Shown: positions 16,401 to 25,356, counted from the stretch's first letter. The stretch: 64,000 bases of DNA from Clostridiales bacterium UBA7001 (GCA_002449785.1 DJXP01000004.1:21607-85606); one strand, 5' to 3'. Notes: a model not told the origin generated them from the sequence alone. Numbers and translations: made by a program.

Positions 16401-18716
16401 ATTGATAGAGATTCTGCACCAGCAAATATTGATGTTAGAAACCATAATATTAAGAATTGGTATGAAGATGATGCTGATATAGCACCAGTACTTAATTTAA
16501 AAATTAATGAAAATGATAGAGCAGTAGAAGGAATAGCATGGGAAGATAAAGCATTAGAAGGTACTTCAGTTGGAAATGGTATATATGACGAAAGTGATGA
16601 AGCTCTAATTGGTGGACTTACAACAGAACTTGTTGAAAAAGTAACTATTAAAGATAGCAATAATAATTTTGTTGATTATGACTTTGTATGGCCAACAAGT
16701 GAAAGACTAAATGCACTTGGTGGAATGAGTATGGAAGAACTTACAGGATTTGATAGTGTTATTGAAACATCTAGAGGAATACACCATGAAGATGGCACAG
16801 TTACTGATGTTGGTAAATATTCATTTACAAGTGCACCAACTGGTGACTATGTTGTAAGATTCATTTATGGTGATAATAAAGCAAACTTAGATACTACTAT
16901 GGGTATGACAGGAAATGCAGTTGCATATAAAAATGATGGAAACTTATACTTTGACAATAATGACAATGATGATAATAAAGCTAATACATCAAATTATGAT
17001 AAAGAAGCAAAAAGTAAATTAGCAACAGTATACAATGGTCAAGATTATAAATCTACAATTTATCAAGCAGAAAAAGCAAGTACTAATGCAGATGGATATA
17101 TTAATAATGAATGGCATAATTTAAATAACCAGGAATTAAATAATGCTAGTGTATCTGATGCTAGAGATAGTGAAGCTAGAAGACTTGAAGTAATTGCAAA
17201 TTCACAAACAATTACAAACGAAAATGGTAGTGTATTATATTCTGCAAATGATAGATATTCATCACATACAGAATTATATAATGATTACTATATGTTCGCA
17301 GATACAGCAAAACTTAATATGTCAATTGAAAATCTTTCAACAGCACAAGCTGTAATGGGAATTCAAGAAATGGAAGGTTTAGCTTCAGGAAATGGAGTTC
17401 AAGTAGATGTTAACAAATATAATTATGAAGTGCCAAGAATAGACTTTGGATTAATTGAAAGACCAAAAAATGAAATTATTTTAGATAAACAAATTTCATC
17501 AATTAAGATTATAACAAATGATGGAAAAGCAATATTTGATGCAGAATATGATATTTCATATGAACTAAAAGATAAAAACTTAATTACAGATTTAGTTAAA
17601 GAAGATAAAGTATTAGCTTTAATAAATCGCAATGGTGAAAAATATTTAGTAGCTAAAGTAACACTAAATAAAGACAAATCAACTGGAATAGATGTATTAC
17701 AAGCAATAGATAAAAAGGAAAACAAAATTGATGCAAATGAAAATGATGGTAAACAAAACTTCAGATTTATAAATGTTGATGAAAATATTTTACAAGGAAC
17801 AACAATTGAAGTTAATTATAAATTAACAGCATTAAATGTAGGTGAAAATGACTATACAAGTACTACTTTAGCAGAAATTACAGGAACTACAAGTGAAATT
17901 AGAAACGAGATATTAAATAAAGCTAAAGAAGCTGAAAAAGCTAATACAGTTTATAATACTGATACAAATAATTATCAAATCGGTTCATATTTAGGAAGAT
18001 TCTATTATACTGGAAACAGTGATAATGATGCTATTGTAACAACTAAAGTTCGTCAAGTTGCTGAATATATTGACAATGATGGAGTGTTCTCATCAGAAAA
18101 CAACAATACTGAAAACCATAGTTGGAGATCAACTAGTGCTAGAGAACTTGCAGGTCAAGGATTTAGTAAGAACAGAATTGTTGATGATAATATTACAGTA
18201 CTAGGCTCAGTTTATGACAAAAATGGAAAATTATATCTAAATAATGAGAATAATAATGCTAATAAAAATGTAGCCTTAAGTGTAGATACTGATGAAAGTG
18301 TAGAAACTTCAATGACTAATAAAGATTTTGAAGCAAAACTTGAACCAGTAAATGCATCTCAAGATAGTAATTATAAATCAGAAATTAATATTACAGTAAC
18401 TAAAGTTGTATCAGCAGAAGATGATGCAGACAACTTAACATTTGACAATATTGCTGAAATAGTAAAATATGAAAACAGTGTTGGTAGAAGAGATATTACA
18501 GCAGTTCCTGGTAATAGTAATCCAAAAGCAGGAGAATTTGTAATAGGACTAAAAGAAAGAGATTCAAGTGCAACAGAGCTTGTAACATTTACACCTCCAA
18601 CAGGTATTGAGTCTCAAAGTGTAATGACATCACAAGTTTTAATAATAGTAGTTGCTGCTTTAGGAATAATTGCAATAGGAATTGTAGCTATCAAGAAAAA
18701 AATATTAACAAAATAA
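10425..18716 (+). CDS. Giant surface protein of about 2763 aa with SdrD-B/CnaB-like domains and a C-terminal TPPTG + TM + KKK anchor; translationally coupled to the upstream gene
   Basis: ATG 10425 lies 10 nt after GGGGG (the track uses GTG 10416) and overlaps or abuts the upstream stop at 10421-10423. The signal peptide ends ...YKVHA. It contains 'LAGDVWEDVPQKDSKNDPDSVPNGKIDKGEIGIDGVEVYIY' and a C-terminal 'FTPPTGIES...IAIGIVAIKKKILTK'. Confidence 0.85.
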   Translation: MNINKLNRKISKIVLMLLFIILSTSSMYKVHALPVTLELLESSTDYYCSEHNVPLAYYNPEYTEDGRTYSSSDPYGSYGSSYTTHNQSTYNNLMNANYTKRENSDFSNVGESYTTPVEAWVLINGNGYGSTDNPTPWQQKWWTTPAGQGHLHTTTGDRDVNLQYPEDEEHAFSSELFNNDNRAVAVNGTSLLKDFIESENSRNTFVEVAGRMTNFAAGDGESDGAQGGSVSEADDFADYIEAMTGSKNSVCGSNGFNFTKKFDWINKDVEKDGKKINYSNPTVAKDGNKFIVGPFAIDYVNKGKFSHIANMVLEVKKDDGTTQNLVINSDKSEFKLNKESNGKFPLPDETFYIVFDSIKNATSIKNIKVNFEYMNATAKYSLWDGSITITGIQFADDGSYTPQGSSQRVYKIRRVESSSTQNAQTVAHKEEECKLWYEHVQIERGINIIESNINIIKKITTSDGKEIDYNSLSKDAAARSFDFELEVNGAITNDNLGSKEKITVMAGSGLSTQSRVYYWLNNNNNNAPTFTLKEINKEGYHISDIKEVTTNGHGTYSNGVFTGTLTTDTSLNLEATNITDSHIGNIKIVKAIDSKISEAGKNYINGKTFDVKVTITPSASGFFKYNGVYYGNNEENKSLEITVQVVAGGEVKLPSDIEWYGEEAPTYKAEEILTEEQKQNIELLKIDFAEGKLVEYKTGSTEPAVTVTVTNTSKDHKAKIHIIKTVEITNDYSEELKQKLIEKIKNQTYEFDINVNGFDTEHAVIEKAEIKDNQLVWDYVSSEYTWQGDANNGPTYEIKEVNAPEGTVCEPENTSGKLIENVQNDYKVDNNILNKITIKEHNAKIKLIKKIDSKELQDEDYTFDLRMILGLFTYKGKVYEPTKETPVRFTNAEGADEIASSDEQYIVIHIEPEKETAEWELAENITWYEYGTELKENPHYEVHEVKVPEEKVKNVQILPQEGEGILIENESKLLEITATNYGFETKKGKIHLIKELENAERYDEAIINTYKFQFRVSLDYNADDNWDDAETFDIELTPKKIDNDSKFIWEWESDPINWKENETAPKYKIEEINIPAGIEFVEAKDETNSYTVEGNTITGTIVEFKEEDIEFKQNEVSVKNKIVENQNGKLAIKKLLEDGSESLKDKEFEFDVTVQGTFTYNEKEYNNEKYTFTTKVKAGETWTSDDFTWSSIAVPSYTVVEKEGQEYKCTSMINNTGYLKNNDTVTATFTNKSNKTESAYLRVTKSLEAGQTSDKKFKFEITIDGKTTTIELKAGEVYTSESYIWNIGETAPSYTVTELPDDETILKDIREIGGSQGIIGNGGKGGTITGTLKEGTTVEVVATNSIDERHGQFNVKKQIVADEKYVAGVKDKEFTITATITGNFMYGDNKTPVNGSQDFEFTLKADGTWTSPTIYWNGENAPIVTVKENLTGDAYKGWKNIGISNNDVAISDGLEIVVTNEYQIITRLDLTVELAGDVWEDVPQKDSKNDPDSVPNGKIDKGEIGIDGVEVYIYKSGTNELATIYKDGLNAKLTQPIITSNNGHWDAPRVNLSDSEDQFEVRFVYDGQTYENTELLVTANGKDSKAKIDEFMGTIRKSDRNKYAKDSMAEDTNREEVNSRINEIYGNAPIDGNGNTTGKVRGAAGEFNVYYTSNVTNLGDQTRVISKLKTTNSNGVALDPFKTIASTGRLVFPFGTGFEDKFHLTGSDTNITDYGTEIVYHYSATYDYTKHINLGLKKRTDSDVEIQKDLVSAKVVVNDRLTNYTFNKLSDIGKDVYTRTIDDSNNPDNINLNYTLGLYKTDYYYRAEMYKTNMPIDEYEAVENFYKAVSSGIDSTELEVYLQYKITLRNSSSNTYKVRINGIEDYYDSTFKLIKEEKKRYVKNTDGKLQEDKVVVGKAPYIEKGTFTSSIDFRDGEKGIKGSDGVTYNKISANLGGIELASGETANVYTSFQVEKGTFKGVQDAIALGGKSNLAEISNYSTYYANGKVAGKIDRDSAPANIDVRNHNIKNWYEDDADIAPVLNLKINENDRAVEGIAWEDKALEGTSVGNGIYDESDEALIGGLTTELVEKVTIKDSNNNFVDYDFVWPTSERLNALGGMSMEELTGFDSVIETSRGIHHEDGTVTDVGKYSFTSAPTGDYVVRFIYGDNKANLDTTMGMTGNAVAYKNDGNLYFDNNDNDDNKANTSNYDKEAKSKLATVYNGQDYKSTIYQAEKASTNADGYINNEWHNLNNQELNNASVSDARDSEARRLEVIANSQTITNENGSVLYSANDRYSSHTELYNDYYMFADTAKLNMSIENLSTAQAVMGIQEMEGLASGNGVQVDVNKYNYEVPRIDFGLIERPKNEIILDKQISSIKIITNDGKAIFDAEYDISYELKDKNLITDLVKEDKVLALINRNGEKYLVAKVTLNKDKSTGIDVLQAIDKKENKIDANENDGKQNFRFINVDENILQGTTIEVNYKLTALNVGENDYTSTTLAEITGTTSEIRNEILNKAKEAEKANTVYNTDTNNYQIGSYLGRFYYTGNSDNDAIVTTKVRQVAEYIDNDGVFSSENNNTENHSWRSTSARELAGQGFSKNRIVDDNITVLGSVYDKNGKLYLNNENNNANKNVALSVDTDESVETSMTNKDFEAKLEPVNASQDSNYKSEINITVTKVVSAEDDADNLTFDNIAEIVKYENSVGRRDITAVPGNSNPKAGEFVIGLKERDSSATELVTFTPPTGIESQSVMTSQVLIIVVAALGIIAIGIVAIKKKILTK

Positions 18717-18728
18717 TATACTAAAAAG

Positions 18729-18759
18729 GAAGTGCTCCATTATGGAGCATTTCTTTTTT
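18729..18759 (+). terminator. Rho-independent terminator of the adhesin operon
   Basis: GAAGTGCTCC - ATTAT - GGAGCATTTC followed by TTTTTT. Confidence 0.8.
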
Positions 18760-18937
18760 GGCATTTGTTTGTCATTTTTGTAATTAATACTTGTCTTTTT
18801 AGTATAAATGTAATAAAATAAATAAAAATTATCACATATTGTAAATAACTTTTCAAATTTAAATATTAAAAATGACAAAATCTTTGTTTCTTTTATGATT
18901 TAATATATTTATATTGAAGAGTGAGAGGTGGTTAAGG

Positions 18938-21352
18938 ATGTTTCAAAATGTTGCAGATGTAAGTATGCATGAAGATAATATTAATGAAAAAATGACAAAA
19001 ATAGAATATAGGTTAAAAGAAATTTTTAAAATTCAAAATGTTATTATATATGTTTTAACATTTCTAATTTCAACACTATCATTAAAGAACATTGAAGTAC
19101 CATTTGGACTAGCTATAGTTGCAGGATGTGTTGGAGAAACGATACCTGTTATAGGTGTTTTTATTTCAGCATTTTTAGGAACATTAGTAGGAAATGGATT
19201 TTCAAGTCTAGGAAATTTCCTAATTACTTCAATTATTTATTTTGCTTTAGTAATTATTTTTAATTATAAAGTCGCAGTAGATGAAAGAAATGAAGTAATA
19301 AAAACTGGTGGGAAATTATTTTTTTCTTGTTTAATAATTCCGATAATAAGAAGTATATTTGGAGTATTTTTAATATATGATGTTTTTATGGCATGTATTT
19401 CTGCTGGTGTTATGTATGTATTTTACAAAATATTTGTAAATGGATTAATAATTTTAGAAAGCTTTAATGAGAAAAAAGCATTTACTATTGAAGAACTAAT
19501 TGCGAGTACAATAATTATAGCAGTTGCAAGTACAGCTTTTAATAGATTTAATTTATTTTCTTTAAGTATTAGTAACATTGTAATAATATTTATGATAATG
19601 GTACTTGGATGGAAATATGGAATGATGGTAGGTACAGTTTCAGGTGTGTCTATTGGACTTGCTGTTAGTTTTGTGTCTGATGTGAGTTTTGTACAAATTG
19701 GAATGTTTGCAATTTCAGGAGTATTATCAGGTGTATTAAATAGATTTGGAAAAATAGGTGTTATAATAGGATTTTTACTAGGAAATATTCTTCTTACATA
19801 CTGGGTAAGAGGCGCATCTACAATGATAATTTATTTTAGAGAAATTTTTATTGCATCTATAGGATTATTATTAGTTCCAAATAATGTAAAAATTGAATTA
19901 GATGAACTCTTTGGAAAACACAAACTTATATCTAACACAGGTGAAAATAGGTTAAATAGTAGTAATGAGGAAATATCCAATAAATTAAAAACTATATCTG
20001 ATTTATTTGATACATTAACTTCTACTCCAAATAAAGATGAGTATTCTTTTAAAGAAGGTTTATTACAAGACTTTTTGGACAATTTAGAAGATTTAAATGA
20101 AAATATATTTTATGATGAGATTTCAAAAGAGGAAAATGGAATAGCAAAAGATATATGTGAAAAATTAGTTGAAAATGATATTATAGTTGATAATGATTTA
20201 ATACAAATCTTACAAAATCATAATAATTATGTATTTATGAGAGATGAAAACATTAGAAATGATTTACAAAACATTATAAAAATAGCTAATAGAACATTAA
20301 AAACTGCTCAGATTAATAGAATTAAAGAACAAGAAAAAAATAATGCAAAAAAAGAATTAAGTCAAAATTTAAAAAATGTAAGTGAAATAATTAAAGAATA
20401 TCAATCTTTAGCAAATAAGGAAGATATTAATGAATTTGAAAATAAAGAAAAGGAAATTGGCCTATTATTAAAAAGCAGAAATATAAATATTAATAAATGC
20501 AGTGTTAGAAAATTGAAAAATAACAAGATTATTGTAACTCTTAAATTTGATTATAGTAATAATAGGGTAAGAGAAAAAGAAAGTATAACAAATATTTGTG
20601 ATACTCTTTCTAAGAGTATCGGTACGAAAATGGCTATTCAAAGAGAAAAAAATGACGAGGAAAATAAGGAGTATAATCAAGTTTATTCTAGTGAAGATAA
20701 ATTTGTGCTTCAAGTAGGAAGTTCTAAAGTTACTAAAGATGGTAGTGACATTTCTGGAGATTGTAGCCTTCAAATAAAATTAGAAGATGGAAAATATTTG
20801 CTCGCTATTTCAGATGGTATGGGGACAGGAAAAAAAGCAAGAGAGTGTAGTAAAATAACATTAAAACTATTAAAGCAAATATTATCTGCTGGTTTTAATA
20901 ACGAAGAAACAATTAAATTATTAAATTCTAAAATGAAATTAATTAATAAAAAAGATATGTATTCAACATTAGATGCATGTATATTAGATTTATATACTGG
21001 TAATATAGATATATTAAAAAATGGTGCAAGTAATACATATATAAAAAATAAAAAGAGTATTAAAAAAATTGAATCTAAGAATGTTCCAATAGGAATTATG
21101 AATGATATAAGTTTACAAGAGGAAAAACTATCTATTTCTAATGGTGATATTATTGTTATGTGCAGCGATGGAATTTTAGATACAAAAGATGACATAACAG
21201 GCTCATGGATAGAAAACTTTTTAAAGAATATTTCAACAAATAATGTTCAAAAAATTGCTGATTTAATCTTAGCTGAAGCAATAGATAATAATTTCGGTAT
21301 AGCTCAAGATGATATGACAGTTATAGTTAGTAAAATAGTAAGTAAAAAGTAG
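18938..21352 (+). CDS. spoIIE: Stage II sporulation protein E (polytopic membrane PP2C phosphatase)
   Basis: About 10 N-terminal TM segments and a C-terminal PP2C domain ('GDCSLQIKLEDGKYLLAISDGMGTGKKA...MCSDGILD...DDMTVIV'). ATG 18938 follows GAGAGGTGG; the track starts at TTG 18914. Confidence 0.9.
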   Translation: MFQNVADVSMHEDNINEKMTKIEYRLKEIFKIQNVIIYVLTFLISTLSLKNIEVPFGLAIVAGCVGETIPVIGVFISAFLGTLVGNGFSSLGNFLITSIIYFALVIIFNYKVAVDERNEVIKTGGKLFFSCLIIPIIRSIFGVFLIYDVFMACISAGVMYVFYKIFVNGLIILESFNEKKAFTIEELIASTIIIAVASTAFNRFNLFSLSISNIVIIFMIMVLGWKYGMMVGTVSGVSIGLAVSFVSDVSFVQIGMFAISGVLSGVLNRFGKIGVIIGFLLGNILLTYWVRGASTMIIYFREIFIASIGLLLVPNNVKIELDELFGKHKLISNTGENRLNSSNEEISNKLKTISDLFDTLTSTPNKDEYSFKEGLLQDFLDNLEDLNENIFYDEISKEENGIAKDICEKLVENDIIVDNDLIQILQNHNNYVFMRDENIRNDLQNIIKIANRTLKTAQINRIKEQEKNNAKKELSQNLKNVSEIIKEYQSLANKEDINEFENKEKEIGLLLKSRNININKCSVRKLKNNKIIVTLKFDYSNNRVREKESITNICDTLSKSIGTKMAIQREKNDEENKEYNQVYSSEDKFVLQVGSSKVTKDGSDISGDCSLQIKLEDGKYLLAISDGMGTGKKARECSKITLKLLKQILSAGFNNEETIKLLNSKMKLINKKDMYSTLDACILDLYTGNIDILKNGASNTYIKNKKSIKKIESKNVPIGIMNDISLQEEKLSISNGDIIVMCSDGILDTKDDITGSWIENFLKNISTNNVQKIADLILAEAIDNNFGIAQDDMTVIVSKIVSKK

Positions 21353-21381
21353 GAAATATTTTATAAATATTTCCTACTTTT

Positions 21382-22863
21382 TTATTTCCATATTATTTTT
21401 ATTCCTGTAGAATTAACAATGTTTACTGTATCTAATTCTAATTCATATATAAGATTTATGATTTGTACTTGTCTATTTTTATAAGTAAAAGTTTTAGTTA
21501 TAAAACTTTTATTAATCAAATCTTTTTCTGTTACTTCTATATTAAAACTATTTTTTAGTTTCTTAATAATTAATGCTTGAGGTGTAATATTTGGCTCTAA
21601 TTCAACTCCGTATAAATGAATTTTCTCATTAAATATATTATTACTGTTTTTTTCTTCAATATATAATGCTTTATTTTTATGTTTTATAGATATACTAACT
21701 ATAATTTTATTTTTAATAGGAACAAAACCGTCAAGACGGTTTATTAAAGTATTGCAAATATTTGATGTGGCATATGGCTTTGCAAGATATTTTGCATTTT
21801 CTACCATTTGGTCTAAAACTTCTGGGTGTCTGGAGATGTTTTTTAAAATTCTAGCTATATTATCAGATTTTTTTATCCAGAAAGCTACTTTATTATTTAC
21901 TAAAAATTCTGCATTTTCTTCCTCTTGACCTGGTATAGGATTAATAACTAGAATAGGTAAGTGTGATACCAAACTTTCAGTAACAGTTAAACCACCAGGT
22001 TTTGTAATTACACCAATAGAAATGCTCATTAGTTCAGGAACTTTATTGGTAAATTCAATTATTTTTACTCTATTAGAAGAACTTGTTTTATCAACAAGTT
22101 CAATAAATCTTTTTTTCATTTTTTGATTTCTTCCAGAAATAGCAACTATTTGCAAATTCTTGAACAATCTGATAAGTGCTTTTAAGGTCATATAAGTAGT
22201 ATTTCTTCCAAGACCAAATTCACCTCCTGCGAAAAAAAGTACAGTCGGTTTGTCTTCTACAAGCCCAAATTCTTTATAAATATCACTTTTATTAAAGTCT
22301 TCAGAAAATTTTTCAGAAACAGGAATACCTGTTACAAAAATTTTATCTTTATCAACTCCTTCAGCTATCATATCTGATTTCATATTATCATTAGATACAA
22401 AGAAATAATCTGTATATTGGTATAAAACAAGCCATTGAGCATGTATATGGTAGTCTGTTAAAACTGTAGCAAGTTTACAATTGATTTTTCCTCTCTTTTT
22501 TAAAATTGCACACATCTGCGTGGAAAAAGGGTGAGTAGAAACTATTAAGTCAGGATTAAAATTCTTGATAAGTGAATTTAGTTTATGTGACATTAATCTA
22601 TTAGTAGTATTACTAATATGAGAAAGTGCACCATTTTGAGATCTTTTATAAACTTGTTTCCAAGCCCAAGGGGCTTTTTTTGCCAGTTCTTTATATGCAC
22701 CAGTAGATACTTTGTTTATATATTTGTTTATATATTCGATACAATCTACAGTTTGTATTTCTATTTTATTATTATATTCAGTTTTAAAACAACTTTCTAT
22801 TGATTTCGCTGCGGATAAATGGCCACCACCGTAAGAACCATAAAATATTAATATTTTTTTCAT
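21382..22863 (-). CDS. UgtP/MGDG-synthase-like glycosyltransferase (GT28) with an extra ~120-aa C-terminal domain
   Basis: The N-terminal 'MKKILIFYGSYGGGHLSAAKSI' and the overall architecture resemble diacylglycerol glucosyltransferases of about 380 aa. Residues ~375-493 have no recognisable motif. Confidence 0.7.
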   Translation of the reverse strand: MKKILIFYGSYGGGHLSAAKSIESCFKTEYNNKIEIQTVDCIEYINKYINKVSTGAYKELAKKAPWAWKQVYKRSQNGALSHISNTTNRLMSHKLNSLIKNFNPDLIVSTHPFSTQMCAILKKRGKINCKLATVLTDYHIHAQWLVLYQYTDYFFVSNDNMKSDMIAEGVDKDKIFVTGIPVSEKFSEDFNKSDIYKEFGLVEDKPTVLFFAGGEFGLGRNTTYMTLKALIRLFKNLQIVAISGRNQKMKKRFIELVDKTSSSNRVKIIEFTNKVPELMSISIGVITKPGGLTVTESLVSHLPILVINPIPGQEEENAEFLVNNKVAFWIKKSDNIARILKNISRHPEVLDQMVENAKYLAKPYATSNICNTLINRLDGFVPIKNKIIVSISIKHKNKALYIEEKNSNNIFNEKIHLYGVELEPNITPQALIIKKLKNSFNIEVTEKDLINKSFITKTFTYKNRQVQIINLIYELELDTVNIVNSTGIKIIWK

Positions 22864-22999
22864 ACTAATCCTCTTAATTATTTAATAAAAAGATTATATC
22901 ATGCATAGGACTATTTTTCAAGAAATGATAAAAAATACATATAATTAAAAAAATAGGAAAAAATACTAAAATGAAAGAAATTAGGAGGAGAAAAATATT

Positions 23000-24352
23000 A
23001 TGGACAAAAATTACAATAATAGATTTTTTATTGGTGTTATTATACTTTTAACTATATTAACAGGTATAACAGGATATTATGCATTAAAATTAAAAGAAGA
23101 TTATAATAATCAAATACAAAACAATTATACTGAAGCTTTTAGTAACCTGGTAAATTATGTTAATAATGTTGAGAATTATTTAGCAAAATCTATGATATCT
23201 AAGAGTTCAGATCATTCAGCCGAAACTTTAACAAGGATTTGGAAAGATTCGAATTTGGCATTAGTATATTTATCAAGAATATCAGTTCAGAACGAAGAAC
23301 TTGCACATACAGCAAAGTTTTTAAATCAAGTAAGTGATTATTCATATTCTCTATCTAGAAAGAGCATTGAAGGGAATGAGCTTAATGATGATGATATGAA
23401 GAATTTAGAAATGCTCTATAAATATAGTACGAGTTTAGAAGAAACATTAAATAGATTATCTGATGAATTATATAATGGCGAATTGAGTTGGAATACATTG
23501 GATTCAAGCATTAATAATAAGTTTGCACAATCTGTAGATAGTATAAATGTTTTTTCAAATATTGATTCAAATTTAAATGAATATGAAGGATTAATATATG
23601 ATGGTGCATATTCTGACCATGTGAATAAAGCAGAAAAAGTAGGACTAACAGGAGATGATATTGATGAAGAAAAAGCTAAAATTAAAGTTAAGGAATTTTT
23701 TGGAGAAGATAAAATAACAAATATTGAAACTAATGGATTTTTAGCAGAAGCAGATATTCCTTCATATGATTTTTCAGTTAGTCTTAATGATACTAATCTA
23801 AAATATAGTATTACTATTTCCAAAAAAGGTGGACATGTTGTACAAACATCTTTAGATAGAGAAGTGCGTGAAGAAAAAATATCTAATCAAGAAGCAAATG
23901 AAATTGGAAAAAGTTATTTAGCAGATAAAGGCTTTGAAAATATGAAAGAAACATATTTTGTAAAGCAAGAAAATGTAATTACTATAAATTATGCATATAA
24001 TGATAATGGAATAATTGTATATCCAGATTTAATAAAAGTTAAAATTGCTTTAGATAATGGAGATATATTAGGTATTGAAGCTGAAGGATATTTAAATTCT
24101 CATACTGAAAGAAGTTATGTAGAGCCAAAGATTAGTATAGACCAAGCAAGAGAAAAGATAAATTCGAAATTGGAGATATTATCAGAAAATATGGCAATTA
24201 TTCCGACAGAATGGAAAACAGAAATTAATTGTTATGAGTTTAAAGGAAAAGTAGGAGAAAGAGAGTTTTTAGTATATATAAATGTTGAAACAGGCGAAGA
24301 AGAGGATATATTAGTTATTTTAGATACACCAGGTGGCACTTTAACAGTATAG
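23000..24352 (+). CDS. ypeB: Germination protein YpeB-like (N-terminal TM, C-terminal PepSY-type region)
   Basis: At 450 aa it matches the length and layout of Bacillus YpeB. It has an N-terminal TM helix and a conserved 'LSRISVQNEELAHTAKFLNQVSDYSYSLSRK'-type segment. No sleB is adjacent. Confidence 0.65.
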   Translation: MDKNYNNRFFIGVIILLTILTGITGYYALKLKEDYNNQIQNNYTEAFSNLVNYVNNVENYLAKSMISKSSDHSAETLTRIWKDSNLALVYLSRISVQNEELAHTAKFLNQVSDYSYSLSRKSIEGNELNDDDMKNLEMLYKYSTSLEETLNRLSDELYNGELSWNTLDSSINNKFAQSVDSINVFSNIDSNLNEYEGLIYDGAYSDHVNKAEKVGLTGDDIDEEKAKIKVKEFFGEDKITNIETNGFLAEADIPSYDFSVSLNDTNLKYSITISKKGGHVVQTSLDREVREEKISNQEANEIGKSYLADKGFENMKETYFVKQENVITINYAYNDNGIIVYPDLIKVKIALDNGDILGIEAEGYLNSHTERSYVEPKISIDQAREKINSKLEILSENMAIIPTEWKTEINCYEFKGKVGEREFLVYINVETGEEEDILVILDTPGGTLTV

Positions 24353-24361
24353 GGGGCTATC

Positions 24362-24412
24362 GGGACCATCGGGGACATTTTGTCCAAAATAATAAACGTC
24401 CCCAATGGTCCC
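24362..24412. repeat. GC-rich 15-bp inverted repeat (stem-loop) directly after ypeB, abutting a putative -35 box
   Basis: GGGACCATCGGGGAC (24362-24376), a 21-nt loop, then GTCCCCAATGGTCCC (24398-24412), with one G.U pair. No T-tract follows. TTGACA lies at 24414-24419. Confidence 0.6.
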
Positions 24413-24550
24413 ATTGACATTGTAATAAACTTGTTATATTATTATGAGTAACAAAAAACTATATATTTGAATAAATTATAGTAATAATTTTATGAAACTC
24501 TTAGGGAAAAAAGAGTTTTATAGGATTTATTATAATTTAAGGAGGATAGA

Positions 24551-25318
24551 TTGCAAGTAAGAATAAATGAATGGAATATCAATTATGAAATTTTAGGTGA
24601 AGGAAATCCTGTTATTCTTTTACATGGGTGGCTTGCTAATTTAGAAACAATGAGACCAATAGCTAATAATCTTTGCCAAAATTTTAAGGTTTATTTGGTA
24701 GATATTGTTGGATTTGGGAAAAGTGACATGCCTGAACATCCATTAAATACAGATGATTTTGGGGATTTCTTGAAAAATTTTATGGATGCTTTAGATATTA
24801 AAAATCCGATACTAATAGGACATTCAAACGGTGGAAGAACAATTATTAACGCCGTTGGTAGAGGGATCATTACAGCTAATAAAATTATCTTAATTGATAG
24901 TGCAGGAATAAAGCCTAAAAGAAATTTTATTTATTATGGTAAAGTTTATTTTTACAAATTTGGAAAATTCATATTAAATCTTTTACCTAATATTAAACCT
25001 ATTAAGAAATTTAAAGAAAATTTGAGAAACAAAGTGGGTTCAGCTGATTATAGGGCTTCTAGTAATGTGCTAAAAGAAACGCTAAAAAATATAGTAAATG
25101 AAGATTTAACAGAATTACTTCCAAAAATTAGTGTCCCTACATTAATATTTTGGGGAACATTAGATACTGCGACACCTATTTCTGATGGAAGAAAAATGGA
25201 AAAATTAATTCCAAACAGTGGACTGATTGAATATAGTGGTTCATCACATTTTTCTTATTTAGAAAATATTAATAATTTTAATGTTGTAGTAAATGAATTT
25301 TTAAAAGATGACAAATAA
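24551..25318 (+). CDS. Alpha/beta-fold hydrolase
   Basis: TTG start 5-6 nt after AGGAGG. 'LLHGW' and the nucleophile elbow 'GHSNGG' are present. Confidence 0.75.
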   Translation: MQVRINEWNINYEILGEGNPVILLHGWLANLETMRPIANNLCQNFKVYLVDIVGFGKSDMPEHPLNTDDFGDFLKNFMDALDIKNPILIGHSNGGRTIINAVGRGIITANKIILIDSAGIKPKRNFIYYGKVYFYKFGKFILNLLPNIKPIKKFKENLRNKVGSADYRASSNVLKETLKNIVNEDLTELLPKISVPTLIFWGTLDTATPISDGRKMEKLIPNSGLIEYSGSSHFSYLENINNFNVVVNEFLKDDK

Positions 25319-25356
25319 TAATATTTACAAAAAATAAAATGATAGGAGAGTTGTTA

